Part shown: one piece after another, positions 27,067 to 44,745 of the stretch
How positions within the stretch are numbered: the stretch's first letter is position 1
Layout: every line of letters begins with the position of its first letter
Assembly (NCBI GenBank): GCA_039621445.1
Contig: CP154954.1
Span: 33,085,455 to 33,149,454 of the forward strand
Direction: 5' to 3'
Source: Euglena gracilis
Lineage: Eukaryota
Length of the DNA: 64,000 nt
The notes under the pieces: model-generated
The model's database searches: none
The model's input: the letters and a program-made list of their open reading frames with translations, nothing else
What the model was told of the DNA's origin: nothing
Translations under genes and position numbers: made by a program

Positions 27067-29372
27067 GTGTATATGTATATGTCTATACGTATATGTATAT
27101 GTATATATATGCATAGGTGTGTATGTAAATGTATATGTATGTGTTTATGCATACGCATATGTATATGTATGTGCATATGCATATGTATCAGGGAATTTTT
27201 TTTGTCCAGACCCCACCCTATTTACCTGGGGGGGGGGGGCTCCCAGCCAGCACTCATTTTCCCCAGCAAGCAGCTCCCCAGGCTGTGAAACCCCCTGGCA
27301 GTCAGTGATAATAAAGTTTTCGCAACCCGGCAAGCCAGGGCTTGACTATCCCAATTTTTATATATACATCTATATATATATATATATTATATATATATAT
27401 TATATATATATATATATATTTGTCTTTTGTGCGCCTGAAGTTGGGATTTGGATTTTCGATAAAAGTCCAAAGAACACCTTCATCACCTCTGGCACCTGGT
27501 GCCGCCAGGGGTCTGAACTTTTGGGATAGTCTTACTGTTGGCAGTCCACAGGTTCTCATTTGGGAGGGTTGATGCACATCGCTACCGCATCCACTCACCT
27601 GTGGGGCATAAGCGTAACCACAACCAGATTTAGATAACAGGCCAAATGTTCAAGAGCACAATACAAACAGCACAACAGGAACATTTTCTTTGAAACCCCC
27701 CAATTCAGTCCTACAAAGGAAAAAAATTAAAAAGCACTAAAATAATTTGGATCTGCAGTCTTCGTCCAAAACTTTATTTAATATTTCACATACAATTGTC
27801 CCCGTATACATATACGGCAAGTGGGTAGCAGCCCCCCCCCGGGGGGGCCTGCTACCCGCGGGGCCTGTTAACCCTAACCCTAACCCAGTGCAGGGTCGCG
27901 GGTAGCAGGGGGGCCCCCGGGCACCCCTGCTACCCGCCTGCCACATGTGCATATACATGTACATATACATATATTATACAGATACAGATGCAGATATATA
28001 TATATATATATGTTCAGATTCATGCACATATGCATATACGTATATGAATACAGATACAGATACAGATATATATACAGATACATATACATGTACACATACA
28101 AATACATATAAGTAAAAAATACATATACACGTATGCATATACATATACACACATAAGTATATGCAAAAAAACATATACATGCACGTATGCATATACGTAT
28201 ACATATGCATAAACATATGCACATACACATACCTATACACATACACATATACATATGCATATGCATATACATATACATATACACATATTCATATGTGTAT
28301 ACGTATATGTATATATATACGTATATGTATATACGTATATATATACAAATATTCATATGTGTATACGTATACGTATATGTACATGTGTACATATACGTGT
28401 ACATACATGTACATATACATATACATATACACATATACATCTACATTATACACAGCATATGTATTTCGAGGATTGGGAGGTTGGGGGTGGCTGCTGCTGT
28501 TGTTGATGGGAGGGCGTCGCCGCGGGGCCGGGAGTGTCCGGCAGGCCTGCAGGCCAGCCTGCTGGAGTCAATGGGCGGAGGCCGGCCGACCGACATCGAA
28601 CTGCAGTCAGTGCCGAGGGCGGGCCCAACCCCCCCCCCCCCAAGGTGCAAACTCAGCTGGGGTTGCGGTCGGGGACCAGGGTTCGGGGCTAGGAGGGTGC
28701 CACGGCTTTAGGTAGTGGATCTACCCCCTCCTTGGCCGCCCCACCAGCCAAGGTGTCTGGACCGATCCCAGGGAGGTAGTCAGACCCTCAATTTTCAGTT
28801 TCCAGCGCTTTACACCGAATTTTTTTTGGCAATTTTGACGAATTTTGCCCAAAACCTGCCCAAAATTGCAGTTTGGGTCCATATGGGGGGATTTTTCAGC
28901 CCGACGCCCAAAATCCTTCATTTTGACCACGCACTGTTTTAGGCGTTGGGGTCCCACCCCTCCGGGGGGGGGGGGGGGGGCCCGACCCCATCCACCTGCC
29001 AGGGTTGGTGACGGCTGGCTGGTGTTCCGTCCTCCACTCCACCTTCTGTCTACCCACAGCCAAAAAAAAAACACCGCCCCACATCCATGTCCAGCATGTG
29101 CCATCGTTGTGCACAACATGGCGTCGGGGGTCGGCCTCGGATGGCCCGCCCTCCGCCCGTCCTCCGCCAGCCGCAGCCTCGGCGAGCGTTCCCGCACGTT
29201 CGGCGCGCTCGGGTCGTCGCGGGAGGAGGCGGCCGGCGGGCCGCGGACGGGCTCCGCCCCCTCCGCGCCGGGGGTGTGGGCGGACCGGGCGTCCCCGGGG
29301 GGCGGCTCCGCCCACCGCAGCCTGCCGGGCAGCTTCGGCAGCACCGGGGACGTCCTGAATGGACCCCGTTGA
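1415..29372 (+). CDS. Multi-exon gene for a coiled-coil + leucine-rich repeat + LRRcap + IQ-motif protein (LRRIQ1-like); 5' end probably upstream (candidate exon 233-253)
   Basis: Phase-compatible exons read by eye: 1415-1537, 1821-1985, 2631-~2841, ~2910-3019, 3090-3126, 3528-3721, 7421-~7594, 8273-~8479. LRR exons: 11393-11531 ([12 protein letters not shown]...[15 protein letters not shown]), 12378-~12472 ([24 protein letters not shown]), 13260-13309, 13617-~13760 ([13 protein letters not shown]...[15 protein letters not shown]), ~14152-14260 ([11 protein letters not shown]...LQLNSNRI), 15460-~15605 ([11 protein letters not shown]...[10 protein letters not shown]). LRRcap exon 15757-15912 ([20 protein letters not shown]). 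IQ exon 18504-18575 ([17 protein letters not shown]). Then 20154-20212, 20353-20560, 20938-21001, 26111-~26283 and a putative last exon 29171-29372 (TGA). The LRRIQ1 label comes from domain architecture only. Confidence 0.8.
2045..2558. repeat. (TG)n/(GGGT)n microsatellite in an intron
   Basis: Directly visible; lies in GT-AG intron 1986-2630. Confidence 0.98.
7123..7220. repeat. (CT)n microsatellite
   Basis: Directly visible. Confidence 0.98.
11917..12161. mobile_element. hAT-like MITE (CAGGGG...CCCCTG) with an 8-bp TSD
   Basis: aaccaagt|CAGGGG ... CCCCTG|aacccagt (7/8 identical flanks). Confidence 0.75.
12566..12791. mobile_element. TA-flanked MITE with CTATAACCCC repeats
   Basis: AAAACCCCCCTCCCA ... 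TGGGAGGGGGTTTT ends flanked by TA; a related decayed copy lies near 63350-63700. Confidence 0.6.
13310..13616 (+). other. Euglenid nonconventional intron (LRR gene)
   Basis: Junctions cac ct|ggcCAGCGCCCG ... CGGGTGCTGccccc|g ccc cga. CAG at +4, CTG at -8, 9-bp terminal stem (one G-T pair), Y|R at both ends, no GT/AG. Removal restores [16 protein letters not shown], a clean LRR unit. Confidence 0.85.
14762..15076. mobile_element. hAT-like MITE, TIR CAGGGCGGTCC(A/T)TAAG, perfect 8-bp TSD
   Basis: catcaggg|CAGGGCGGTCCATAAG ... CTTAAGGACCGCCCTG|catcaggg; homologous along its length to 60671-60983. Confidence 0.95.
17890..18168 (+). other. Probable nonconventional intron (LRR gene)
   Basis: tac c|ggcCAGGCC ... 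GGTCTGccgcc|ag cag; the +4/-8 rule and Y|R junctions are met and the join is in frame. An alternative in-frame GT-AG intron using an upstream donor is also possible. Confidence 0.5.
18312..18503 (+). other. Nonconventional intron formed by a MITE with a 9-bp target duplication
   Basis: cggtacgag-CAGGAATT ... AATTCCTG-gggtccgag: a perfect 8-bp inverted repeat (18315-18497) with 7/9-identical direct repeats. Removal joins [17 protein letters not shown] (IQ motif). No in-frame GT/GC-AG alternative was found. The exact junction can slide within the repeat. Confidence 0.75.
20561..20937 (+). other. Nonconventional intron (LRR gene)
   Basis: aac|accCAGGGTTGACC ... GGTCAGCGCCCTGtaacc|gac. The +4/-8 rule is met with an extended stem and Y|R junctions. 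The unspliced frame stops at 20572; splicing gives [16 protein letters not shown], and that exon ends at a GT donor in phase with exon 26111. Confidence 0.85.
24921..25038. repeat. Perfect 59-bp tandem duplication
   Basis: CTTGGCACCAAAGCACAATTGCTTCAACCTGCCATGTGGTTTGCTAGGAAGACAAAATT occurs twice, head to tail. Confidence 0.95.
26885..28445. repeat. Cluster of (TATATG)n, (TA)n and (CATATA)n microsatellites
   Basis: 26885-27188 TATATG-type, 27360-27419 TA, 27945-28445 CATATA-type (opposite orientation to the first). Confidence 0.9.
27816..27942. mobile_element. Mini inverted-repeat element containing (TAACCC)3
   Basis: ac|GGCAAGTGGGTAGCAG ... CTGCTACCCGCCTGCC|ac; two GGGTAGCAG...CTGCTACCC hairpins flank TAACCCTAACCCTAACCC (27869-27886). 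Confidence 0.75.
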
Positions 29373-30289
29373 CCAACTATCGGGCCGACTGTGTTTGTCA
29401 CACGCAGATACACATGGCACAGGCGCACGCATGACCTCACGTGTGCATGCAAGCACCCACATGGACACAAATGCATAATTTTTGTTTGTTTGTGCTCGTT
29501 GTTCACAAGCAAGTGAGGGTGGAGGTGCCAGGGTTGAGCAGGGATTTTTTTTGCAGAGAGGCAGAGAAGTGTGTCCCCCCTCGGGGTCAAAACCAAAACC
29601 CTTCAGTATTCAAGAAATTGAAATTCCCCTTTCAGGTACTCTTCACTTGTAGGGGCTTTGGGTTGTTGGACAACTTTCAAAAAATTGGAGGTTGGCAGAG
29701 CACCTTTTTTTTTCAGCAGGTGTGCATGGAAATGTAAATTGTAACCCCCAAAAAATCCCCAAATAATAATCCCCCGACAACCATAAAGGCAATGAAGAGG
29801 GGAAATCAACAGAATGGTTAAAAAAGAAACACAAACATGGAGGAAATTGGTGCAGAAATTATGTTCCAAAGTTCGTCCATTTTCAAAGGAGCCCCAAAAT
29901 GCCCAAAAAAAGTCCCCTGTATTGCCTCTTGGTGGTGCATGTTTGACTTCGAAAATTTCGCCCAAGTAACGAACCCCCCCCCAAAATGATCAACCCCCCT
30001 GGACCCCAATTCCGAATGTCTAGATAATAATACGGGGGGGTTTATTATTTCCTTCAGTGTTTCTTTCGGTATGGGGGGGGCGGTTAGGTAGTAATTGTGT
30101 GTGTCCATAAACGAATGAGTATTTAACACCTTTTCACAAATCAAGGTTAAGCAAACATGTGTGTGCGTATGATTTCATCCATGTGAGATGGTCTCTTCAT
30201 CGTTGCATTGGAGTTCTTACGCACACGCACAGTCCCAGTTTCACCCCATGTCTTCAAGGCGGTCCCCCTCCCATCCCCTCGATGCCATC

Positions 30290-32482
30290 TCCTATGCGTG
30301 CACCAGCTAAGTCCACCGCCCTCGCCCCCCTGCCCAACCGTCCACCTGTCAGCTCTTCTCCGGGGCTGCTCTGTGTCACTGTGCTTTGGCAGCAGCAAAC
30401 TATCGTAGCCAAGGATGGATATTGATATTGGTTTTTGGAGGTCGCGATAAATTTGGATGGATTGAAGCCCCGATATCGTCGATAAAGGTTGATAAAACCG
30501 ATATGATCATTTTGTGCCCCGATATCCTCATTTTTGTGATTTGGAGAATCCCAAAGTCGCCCCAAAAAAAGAGAGAACAAAAAAGTACGTTGCCCCCCCC
30601 CCCAATAAAAGCCGATATTTCACGATATTTTTTTGGGACCCCATAAATTCAAGGTTTTCGATAAACCCGATATGGGCCGATATCCAATATCCATCCTTGT
30701 TGTGGCCAAAAGGCAAAGCACACACCACCATCCCCCACTGGGGGGATTACTGGGGTGGGTGGAATTGATTCAGACAGGCAGCCCCCGAAGGATGAAAGAC
30801 CCTGCTTTCCTGCGAAACTTCATGTCGGCCCTTTGTTTCCTCTTTGTCCCGGCCGCTGCGGACATAGTAGTAGTACATCCCCGTAGAACCCTGTCGTGTG
30901 CACCAGCCCCCCCCCATGTATTCCCCTCCCTCCTCTCTACCCATGGATGCCCCCCCAGCAAACAGACCCACGTGTATGCCCGGGGCACTTTGGGGCCACA
31001 CCGCACGTCAGCCGCCCCGGCCCCCGACCTCTCCGCCAGCCTGGCCGGCCCCCCTCCCCCCGCCCCCCTCCCCCCCCAGCCCCGCCCCGCCCCGGCCCCC
31101 GCCGGCCCCGGCCGCGCCTCCGCCGTCGCCCCGCTGGCCCGCCCCGCCCCGGGCAGCGCCACACCGGCCGACCCGGGCCTCGGCCTCGGGCTCGCCTCCC
31201 GCCGCCTCCACGGCGTCCACCAGCCGGACCCCCCGCCCCCGTCGACCCAGCCACCCCCGGCCCAGCGGCCCGTTGGGGCGGCCCAGGCCGCGGCCCGGAC
31301 CACTGCATTGCTCGGGATGCGCTGGACCCCCCCAAGGGGATGGCTGACTGGTTTTTGGGCCCCGGACCCCTCGGCGCGGGTGGGGGCGTTCGGGCGCAAG
31401 TGTCCGGCGATGTAAATGAAGGCTTTTTTGACGTTGATCAGCGTGAGGTTTTGAACCAGTTTGTCTTGAGTGGCTGGAGTGATCCCCCAGTCCCCACCCG
31501 GGGGGGTTGAAAGTGGGCTGGTGAATAAACCTCCCCTGCCCACCCCCCCAGGCTGGTTATTAAGCAATGCTATGGCCCAGACCCGGCCAGACCCCAGCAA
31601 GCCCACTCCGCTGGAGGACCCCGGCGGGCTGGGCCTCATGTCTCGGCGGGCGCTGCTCTTCCCGTCCTTCCCGGACGCCCCATGTGGTTCTGCAAGGCAC
31701 CCTTTGGGGATATTCCAACCTACACCCCAAGCTGAGGTTCCGTGGAGGAACCCCAGGGGCTTTGAGAACAGTCATAAAATGCCCCCCCCGAGAAGGACAG
31801 CCACCTTCGCACGTGACAGTCAGGCCAGGCAGCAATGGGTGTCCCCCAAAGCCATCAGACACCACTGGTGCACAGGTGGAACTTCCAAAAGTTGCCCCCC
31901 CCCCCGACCCCAAAAAAGGGCAGCGCCGTCCTTCGGCGGCTGGTCGGCGCCGCGGCGGGGGAGGCCCCGGCCCAGCGTCCCGCCCTGCGGCCCCCCCAGG
32001 CCCGCCGCTGACACCCCCTGAGTTGCACTACGGCTTCTTGTCCGTTTATGGCCGGCGCTAACTTCGCGTTTAGCCCAGTTTGTGTTGTGAGTGCTGACCC
32101 CCCCCCCCGGCGTGGTGGGTGGCTGGCGCCGGATACCCTGGGGGGGGGGGGGGGGTTTTTGGCGGAAGGTTCCCCCCCAATCCACTTTTCCGGGGCCCCT
32201 TCCATGGCCGTGTCGTTATGAAGTCACGAGTGGCAGGGGGTGGTTTTCTTACCCACCCCTGGTGCCGGGGGGGGGGGGTCGGTCTTTCACATTGTCCTTG
32301 TGTTTGTTTCGTCCCCGGGGTTTTTTTTTTGGTGTTCATCGGTCACCCACAGGTGCAGGGGGCAGGGTAAATGCGATCATTTACAGAGCGCTGTTCACAC
32401 CCCGCCGAAGTTATCCTGACATGGACACTGCTCAACGTTTCATTTTTTAACTCCATCGCTGCACCACTGACCTTGAACGCCA
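30290..32482 (-). CDS. Possible multi-exon gene for a low-complexity Gly/Ala/Arg-rich hypothetical protein
   Basis: GC-rich exon-like blocks on the - strand: ATG GCG TTC AAG|gtcagt near 32482, then blocks at ~31920-32060, ~31600-31680, ~31000-31410, ~30780-30865 and ~30300-30375. No recognisable domain, and the exon chain is not fully resolved. Confidence 0.35.
30410..30699. mobile_element. MITE with a perfect 15-bp TIR CAAGGATGGATATTG
   Basis: CAAGGATGGATATTG ... CAATATCCATCCTTG; the interior has repeated CCGATAT motifs; flanks tcgtagc / ttgtggc may be a decayed TSD. Confidence 0.8.
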
Positions 32483-33278
32483 TGATGTCTGTGTCGTTTT
32501 GTTTGTTTTCGAAGTCGGTCTGGTTTTCCCTAACTGTTGTAATATTCTGTGCAATATGCATGTCAGCCCGCCTCCTGACCCCTGACCTTTTCTGCTCTCC
32601 ACCCACCACCTCACCCACCGCACCGATGCAAATGCATTATTTCCCAGTGTCATATGCATTTTCCATCCCAGAGAGAATCTAGCAAGCGCATCATCAGTGA
32701 ATGCAAATCAAAGAACAGGGGGGATGGCCGAAAAAGATCTGTCCAAATAATTTTGCCCCCCCTTTACAAGAAAAATATGGAAAGGGGTGCATCGTCTTTG
32801 AAAATGAGGAAGTGGAAGGACAAAGACCATGCCATGATGTTCTGTTTGTTATGTTGTCCGATGAAGTAAATCGTGTTGCAATTATTTATAAAAACAGCAT
32901 TCAGAACAAAGTGCTTCTGAATAAAAGTGGGTCCACCACTAGTTTTATCCGCACCGCCAACGGCGGCCGGTTTCGGTCTCCGGGGCACGACGGCGGTGTT
33001 GGGTGCCGGAGTGGACACAGCCAACGAAAAGGAGGAGGGGAGGGCAGCGGCGGGAGGGGTTACGCGCCCGGCGTGCGCAGCTGCGATGGAGGGACAACCC
33101 AGGGGGCGGTTGCGACACACCCGCCCACCGAGGTCATACGTTCACCGGTCCTGGATTACCGGCTGCGATGGGGGGTGGGACCCGCACAACTAACCAGGGG
33201 GGGGAGCATGCGCAGGTGCGCATGAATTCTTTAAAACCCATGGAGGATGCATTCGAAACCAAAGCGTGCGCTTGACGG

Positions 33279-35939
33279 TCACCCCGGAAGGGACGTGAAG
33301 TACCGAGCGCGTGCAACCCAAACAACAACCCAGCGGGCACCAGCTTTCTGCTGACGCCGACACTCCAAACCGGCAAACAGTCGGCCCCTGGGTCCACACC
33401 AGTACGGCCGGGGACGCCTGCCGGCCGCGGGCGGGACTGGTTGGGCCGGGGGCTGGCCCGCGGCCCGGGTCTTGGGGGCGCGCTCCAGCACTGGGACGCC
33501 GGCGTACTCCGCCCGCAGCGCCGCGGCGGTGATCTCCGGCTGCCGGGCCGCCAGCAGGTCCAGCTCCGCCGCCGCGTCGGCCGAGGGCTCCTCGTCGCGC
33601 AGCATCAGGAGCAGGCTGCAGCGCAGCACGTCGGCCAGGTCGTCGGCGGGCGGGGGCGCGGCGGCGGGCGTCCGCGGTGGCCGCCACCAGGAAGGCCACG
33701 CGGCCTACGCCATGCACTCCTTCGCCCCGCGCCGCTCCACGTACGTGACCACCTTGGTGGCCAGCTCCGGCGCCGCCAAGCCCGCCGCAGCGGTGGACCC
33801 CGCCGGCGCGGCGGGCTGAGCGGCGCCTGACGCCGGTGGCCGACCGCGACCGTCCCGATCCGCCGCGGCTGCGGACGTTGCGACTGCTCCGCCGGGCGCA
33901 GGTGCGCTCCGCCGCGGCGCGTCGCAGCAGCTTCCGGAGCCGCGCCGTGGACTGCGCCACCCACTCCCGCCCCACGCCGCCGGCGCCGATGCGCTGGCCC
34001 CCGGGGTGCCCGGTCGCACGGCGATGTAGAGGTCCATCGCCTCGTCGAAGGACTGCGACTGCGGGTGCTGCTTCAGGGCCTTCCCGAGGCGGCTGATGGC
34101 AGCCTCGTTCATCTCCTCGTAGTAGCAGCACGCCGGCAGGCTGTCGTGCTACTCCGTCCAGAGCAGCAGCGCGCAGGACACCGTCCGCTCGTACTCCGAG
34201 GAGGACCGGGCCCGCGGCGGGTGGCCGCGCTCCGCGGCCCGCAGCTCCGCCAGCAAGGCCGCGGCGGCCTCGGGCGGGGGGTGGCCGCTGGCCCAGGGGG
34301 CGTGGGCCGGCGGGGCCGCCGACGGCAGGTCCACCTCAAGGTGCACCAGCAGGAGCAGGGCCGTCTGCAGCACCTCACGGGCCTGCCAACCGCTGCCCGC
34401 GCCACGTCCGTCCCAGCTGCAGGACCGCACCATCCAGCCCAACACCAGGGCGGCCGGGGCCCACACTTCCACCAGGTCCCGCCAGCCGTCCACCACCGTC
34501 GCCTCCGTCCACAGCCGCTGCAGCGCCAGGCACCCCTGCCGCAGCTCCTCCTCCGCCGCCTGCCCGGACGCTCCCGCTACCTGCAGGGGCCCCACAAAGC
34601 CGGACGCATCCTGCACCGCCGTTGTCCCCGGGCGCACCTGCGCACGCTCGGACCGCAGGGCCTCCACCCGGGCCGCACCTCCGCCTCCACCCGCCCCACC
34701 CGCACCGCCAACCGTTCCTGCCACGCGCGCAGCTGCGCCCGCTCTTCCTCGCCCACCAGCAGCCCCGTCACCTCCAGCGTGCCGTTCTTCAGGAACAGGT
34801 AGAACGGCAGGAAGCGGCGGTGCAGGGCGTGCAGCAGCTGCTTGTACGGGTGCCAGACGCCGTACAGCAGAGGCAGCCGGTCGAACGTGGTGGCCAGGTC
34901 CCAGCAGGTGGCGGAGAGCTGGCCGTACCGCAGCCGCGCGACGCGGTACCAGATGTTCTCGTCCGCCAGGACAAGGACGGGGCCGGCCACCTGCGGGAGC
35001 ACGTTCTCCTCGAGGAAGCGGAGGGTATGCAGAAGGCCCACCTGTGCGCCAACCACCGTCTCGCACAGGTTGAACGGTCGCCAGACCGGGGACCAGGCGT
35101 TTTTCGGGGCACGTCGAGGGGCACCCGGAACTGCTCCTCCTCCAGCGGGCCGCGGCAGAGCGCGAGAGGTCCACCAGCGGGCCGCGGGCGAAGGCCGCCA
35201 GGGACTCGCTCCACCACCGGCACGAGCCCCGCTGCGCCGGGGCGTCGGCCAGCAGCACGCGCACGGCGGGCAGGGCCGGGACGGGCTCCCGGCGCGCGGC
35301 GGCGGGGTCCGTGCGGCGCATCACGGCCATGATGGTGCCATTCAGGGACGCGTGGGGCACCCGCGGGGTGGTCACGTACCGCTGGCGGTACAGGTTGTCG
35401 AACCAGACCACCACGTGCGCCCCCTCCATGTCCGCCCACAGCTTCCGCAGCCGCTGGGCCGCCAGCTCCCGACGCACCGACACGTCCCACAGCGGCGCCT
35501 CGGGGGGATGCCGGCGGACCGGAGGTAGCGGGACACCGCCCGCGTCCACCCCATCGGCATGTCGCCGGCGGGCACGTGGGGCTGGTCCTGCCGCGGGCAC
35601 GCCGCGTCCCGGGCGATGCGGTAGTACGCCCAGGCGTTCTGCAGCAGTCTGGTAGTACTCCGTCGCTGAGGGTTCCACTGCAGCTCCTCCAGCAGCGTGC
35701 CGTGGCCCCGCGTCCGCAGCGGCCGGCGCATGTGCGCCACGTGCGTGACGAATGGCAGCAGGTGGTACTCCGGCGGGGCCAACACGCCCCGGACGAACTC
35801 GTCGAAGGTCCGGGCCAGGTGCAACGCTGCCAGCTCGCCCAACACCTTGCCAGAGTCCGCCGCCCGCCGCTGTGCATCGCTGTACTGCTACGTCCCACGC
35901 TGCCGGATGCCGCGGCCCGGTGGGGTGGAGCTCGACATC
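33279..35939 (-). pseudogene. Decayed, intronless DDE/RNase H-like transposase (DUF6589-like motif order)
   Basis: About 2.7 kb of GC-rich coding-like sequence split over several frames. Motifs in order: VVVWFDNLY, RVPLD, VLVLADENIWYR, LYGVWHPYKQ, YYEEMNEAAISRL. In-frame TAG stops at 35888-35890, 34149-34151 and 33705-33707, plus several frameshifts. It has no introns, unlike the flanking host genes. Family assignment is from remembered motif order only. Confidence 0.6.
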
Positions 35940-38155
35940 AGCAGCGAGGGCGGGGGCGGCCGCAGCAACGGGGACGGGGACGAGGAGGCGCTGCGCAGCG
36001 GCGCCTGACCACACTTAGGGCCGAGGCGAGCTCTGTCACTGGTTTCCGTCACCGTGGCACACCAACACTGACCCTTGGTAACTCAATTCTCCCACCCCAA
36101 CCGATCCGCGGGTGTCTTCACTGGCCACCGCTGTGACCCTTTCTGCGGACCTTTGCACCAGTCACCCTGGCTGTCCGTGCGCATGTGCGCTTGGCACCGT
36201 CTTATTTTAAAAAAACAAATGAGATCCAGGCGCAGGTGCGCACGGGACTGAGTGCACATAACAAACGCTGTTGTATGTGTGGTTTGTGTTTCTCACACGG
36301 ACAGTGGAACCCTCACACACGGCATGCGTGCGCATGCGCGCACCGTTTTACACTCAGGCACGCAGCACGGGAACCAAGCGCAGGTGCGCCTGGTTCTGAG
36401 TTCAGAGTACACAGTACAAACGGAACACAGAATGTATGCCCTGGCGCAGCTGCGCACCGCGGACGTGTCATTCTCTCGTTTCGGAGTGCAGTGTTCACTC
36501 GTCACGTCAGCGATATGACCTAACAACGGCCCGTGGCTCTGCGTTTGTCGTAACAGTTTGGAGTGCTTTCATGGGTCCCGAATTCCGGCGGGGGGGGCCA
36601 GGCGGTTGACCGGAAGTATCATCCTCACCTTGTCCCGTTCTAAGCTGCTTCCGGTACGATACAACCCGGTTCGCTCACACCAATGGCCACCGTGCACAGT
36701 TCCCTCAGGCGCACCTGCGACTGAGTTTTCAAATTTTCAATTTTCACCAAATTGGAGCGCACCTGCACATGAGGGACGATCGTTGTCTGCCCTCACCCAC
36801 CCGCACGTTTGGAACCAGGTGGGATGCACTGCGTGTGTCTGTTGATCCGGGGTCTCCTGTCGTTGAGGCTGCTGGTGCCCGCTGGGCGCTGGTCGGACGC
36901 ATTTTCGCCGTCCCGAAGGAACTCCCCCTACACATTGCTTAAGCACTGTCCGCCTGACATGTACCGCCCGAGATGTGCACAGCCACCCACGCTGTATTCA
37001 CGGCATAAACCCTTTAAGCACCCATTGCACACTGCACCCCATTCACACGTCTGCCAGTGGTTTCCGGTCTACGGGTTGCGGCGCCCTGCACACCGGTGAC
37101 AACCTGACGCCCCACCCACATCGGACCCAGTATCCCAAACAGTTGACAGAGCCCGTCTCGCACAGATGGCCGACTGCGCGGTCACGGCCGCGCTACAGGG
37201 GCAGCAGGGCACCGGCCATTGTGAGGGCTGCGGATGGGGAGGCGGTGCAGCTCTGTCGGGGGGACTTTTCACTTCAGTATTTTAAAACAACAATCGCAGG
37301 TGCCTTCCCGGTCGCACCTGCGCACGCGCGACCCTCACCCAGGGCGCAGGCAGATTGTGACCGTGTCCGTCAGCAAGACCGGTCCCAAAACCGCGGACGA
37401 TCCGGTTTTTGGGCCCAAAACCCCTTAAGTGCCTTTACGGCCGTCTAAGACACACTCACACGTATGCATGCATGCATGCATACATGCATGAATACATGCA
37501 TACATACAAACATACACACACACGGCCAATGGTCACGGCACTGTCAATGTGTTAATTCATGTTTCCATCCCACCTTCTGCCCAGGTTCCACTGTAGCCCA
37601 CCCCATGTTAGTGCTGCGCGGGTGGTGGGGCGCAGCAAGCTGCACTGCAACGCCGGGGTCCTCTTTTCCCTTGCTTCTGCTGGAAATCCCCCCTCTGGTG
37701 CCATCTCCCAGAGGACCCACTGGAATAGAAGACTGGAACGATAGAGAAAGGCGATGGCCAAACCCAGTGACAACAATATTAATAGTACCGGTTTTAGTGG
37801 TGGTATTTTGTTTTGCAGTATTTTTGTCATTTACCCTCACAGAACACAATGGGCTTGTTTTGGGGAGAGGTTCTGCATCAAGGGGAAAAAATTGTGAAGA
37901 TCATGCACATAAGAAGCCCATTTTCTTTGCGACATTTCGGTCAGCTGACGGGAGCGATTCTGTTTCAACGACAGGAGCCATTCTGTTTCAACGAGATAAA
38001 GATAAGTGTGATCACTGGCCATTTCCCTGTTACGGGAAATTTGCTGCCTCAGCGAAGCATTGCAGGTGTTTCCATCTGAGCTGGCATGGCTGGGATGGTG
38101 AGCGGTGTGACGTGGCGAGCAGTGTGCCACCTGGCCTTCTGGGGCCTCCCTCCAG

Positions 38156-44745
<6,590 letters not shown>

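Noticed and set aside
34149-36014. 621-aa ORF as an intact gene
   Set aside because: It is a chimera of frames; the protein-like segments switch frame several times and contain stops.
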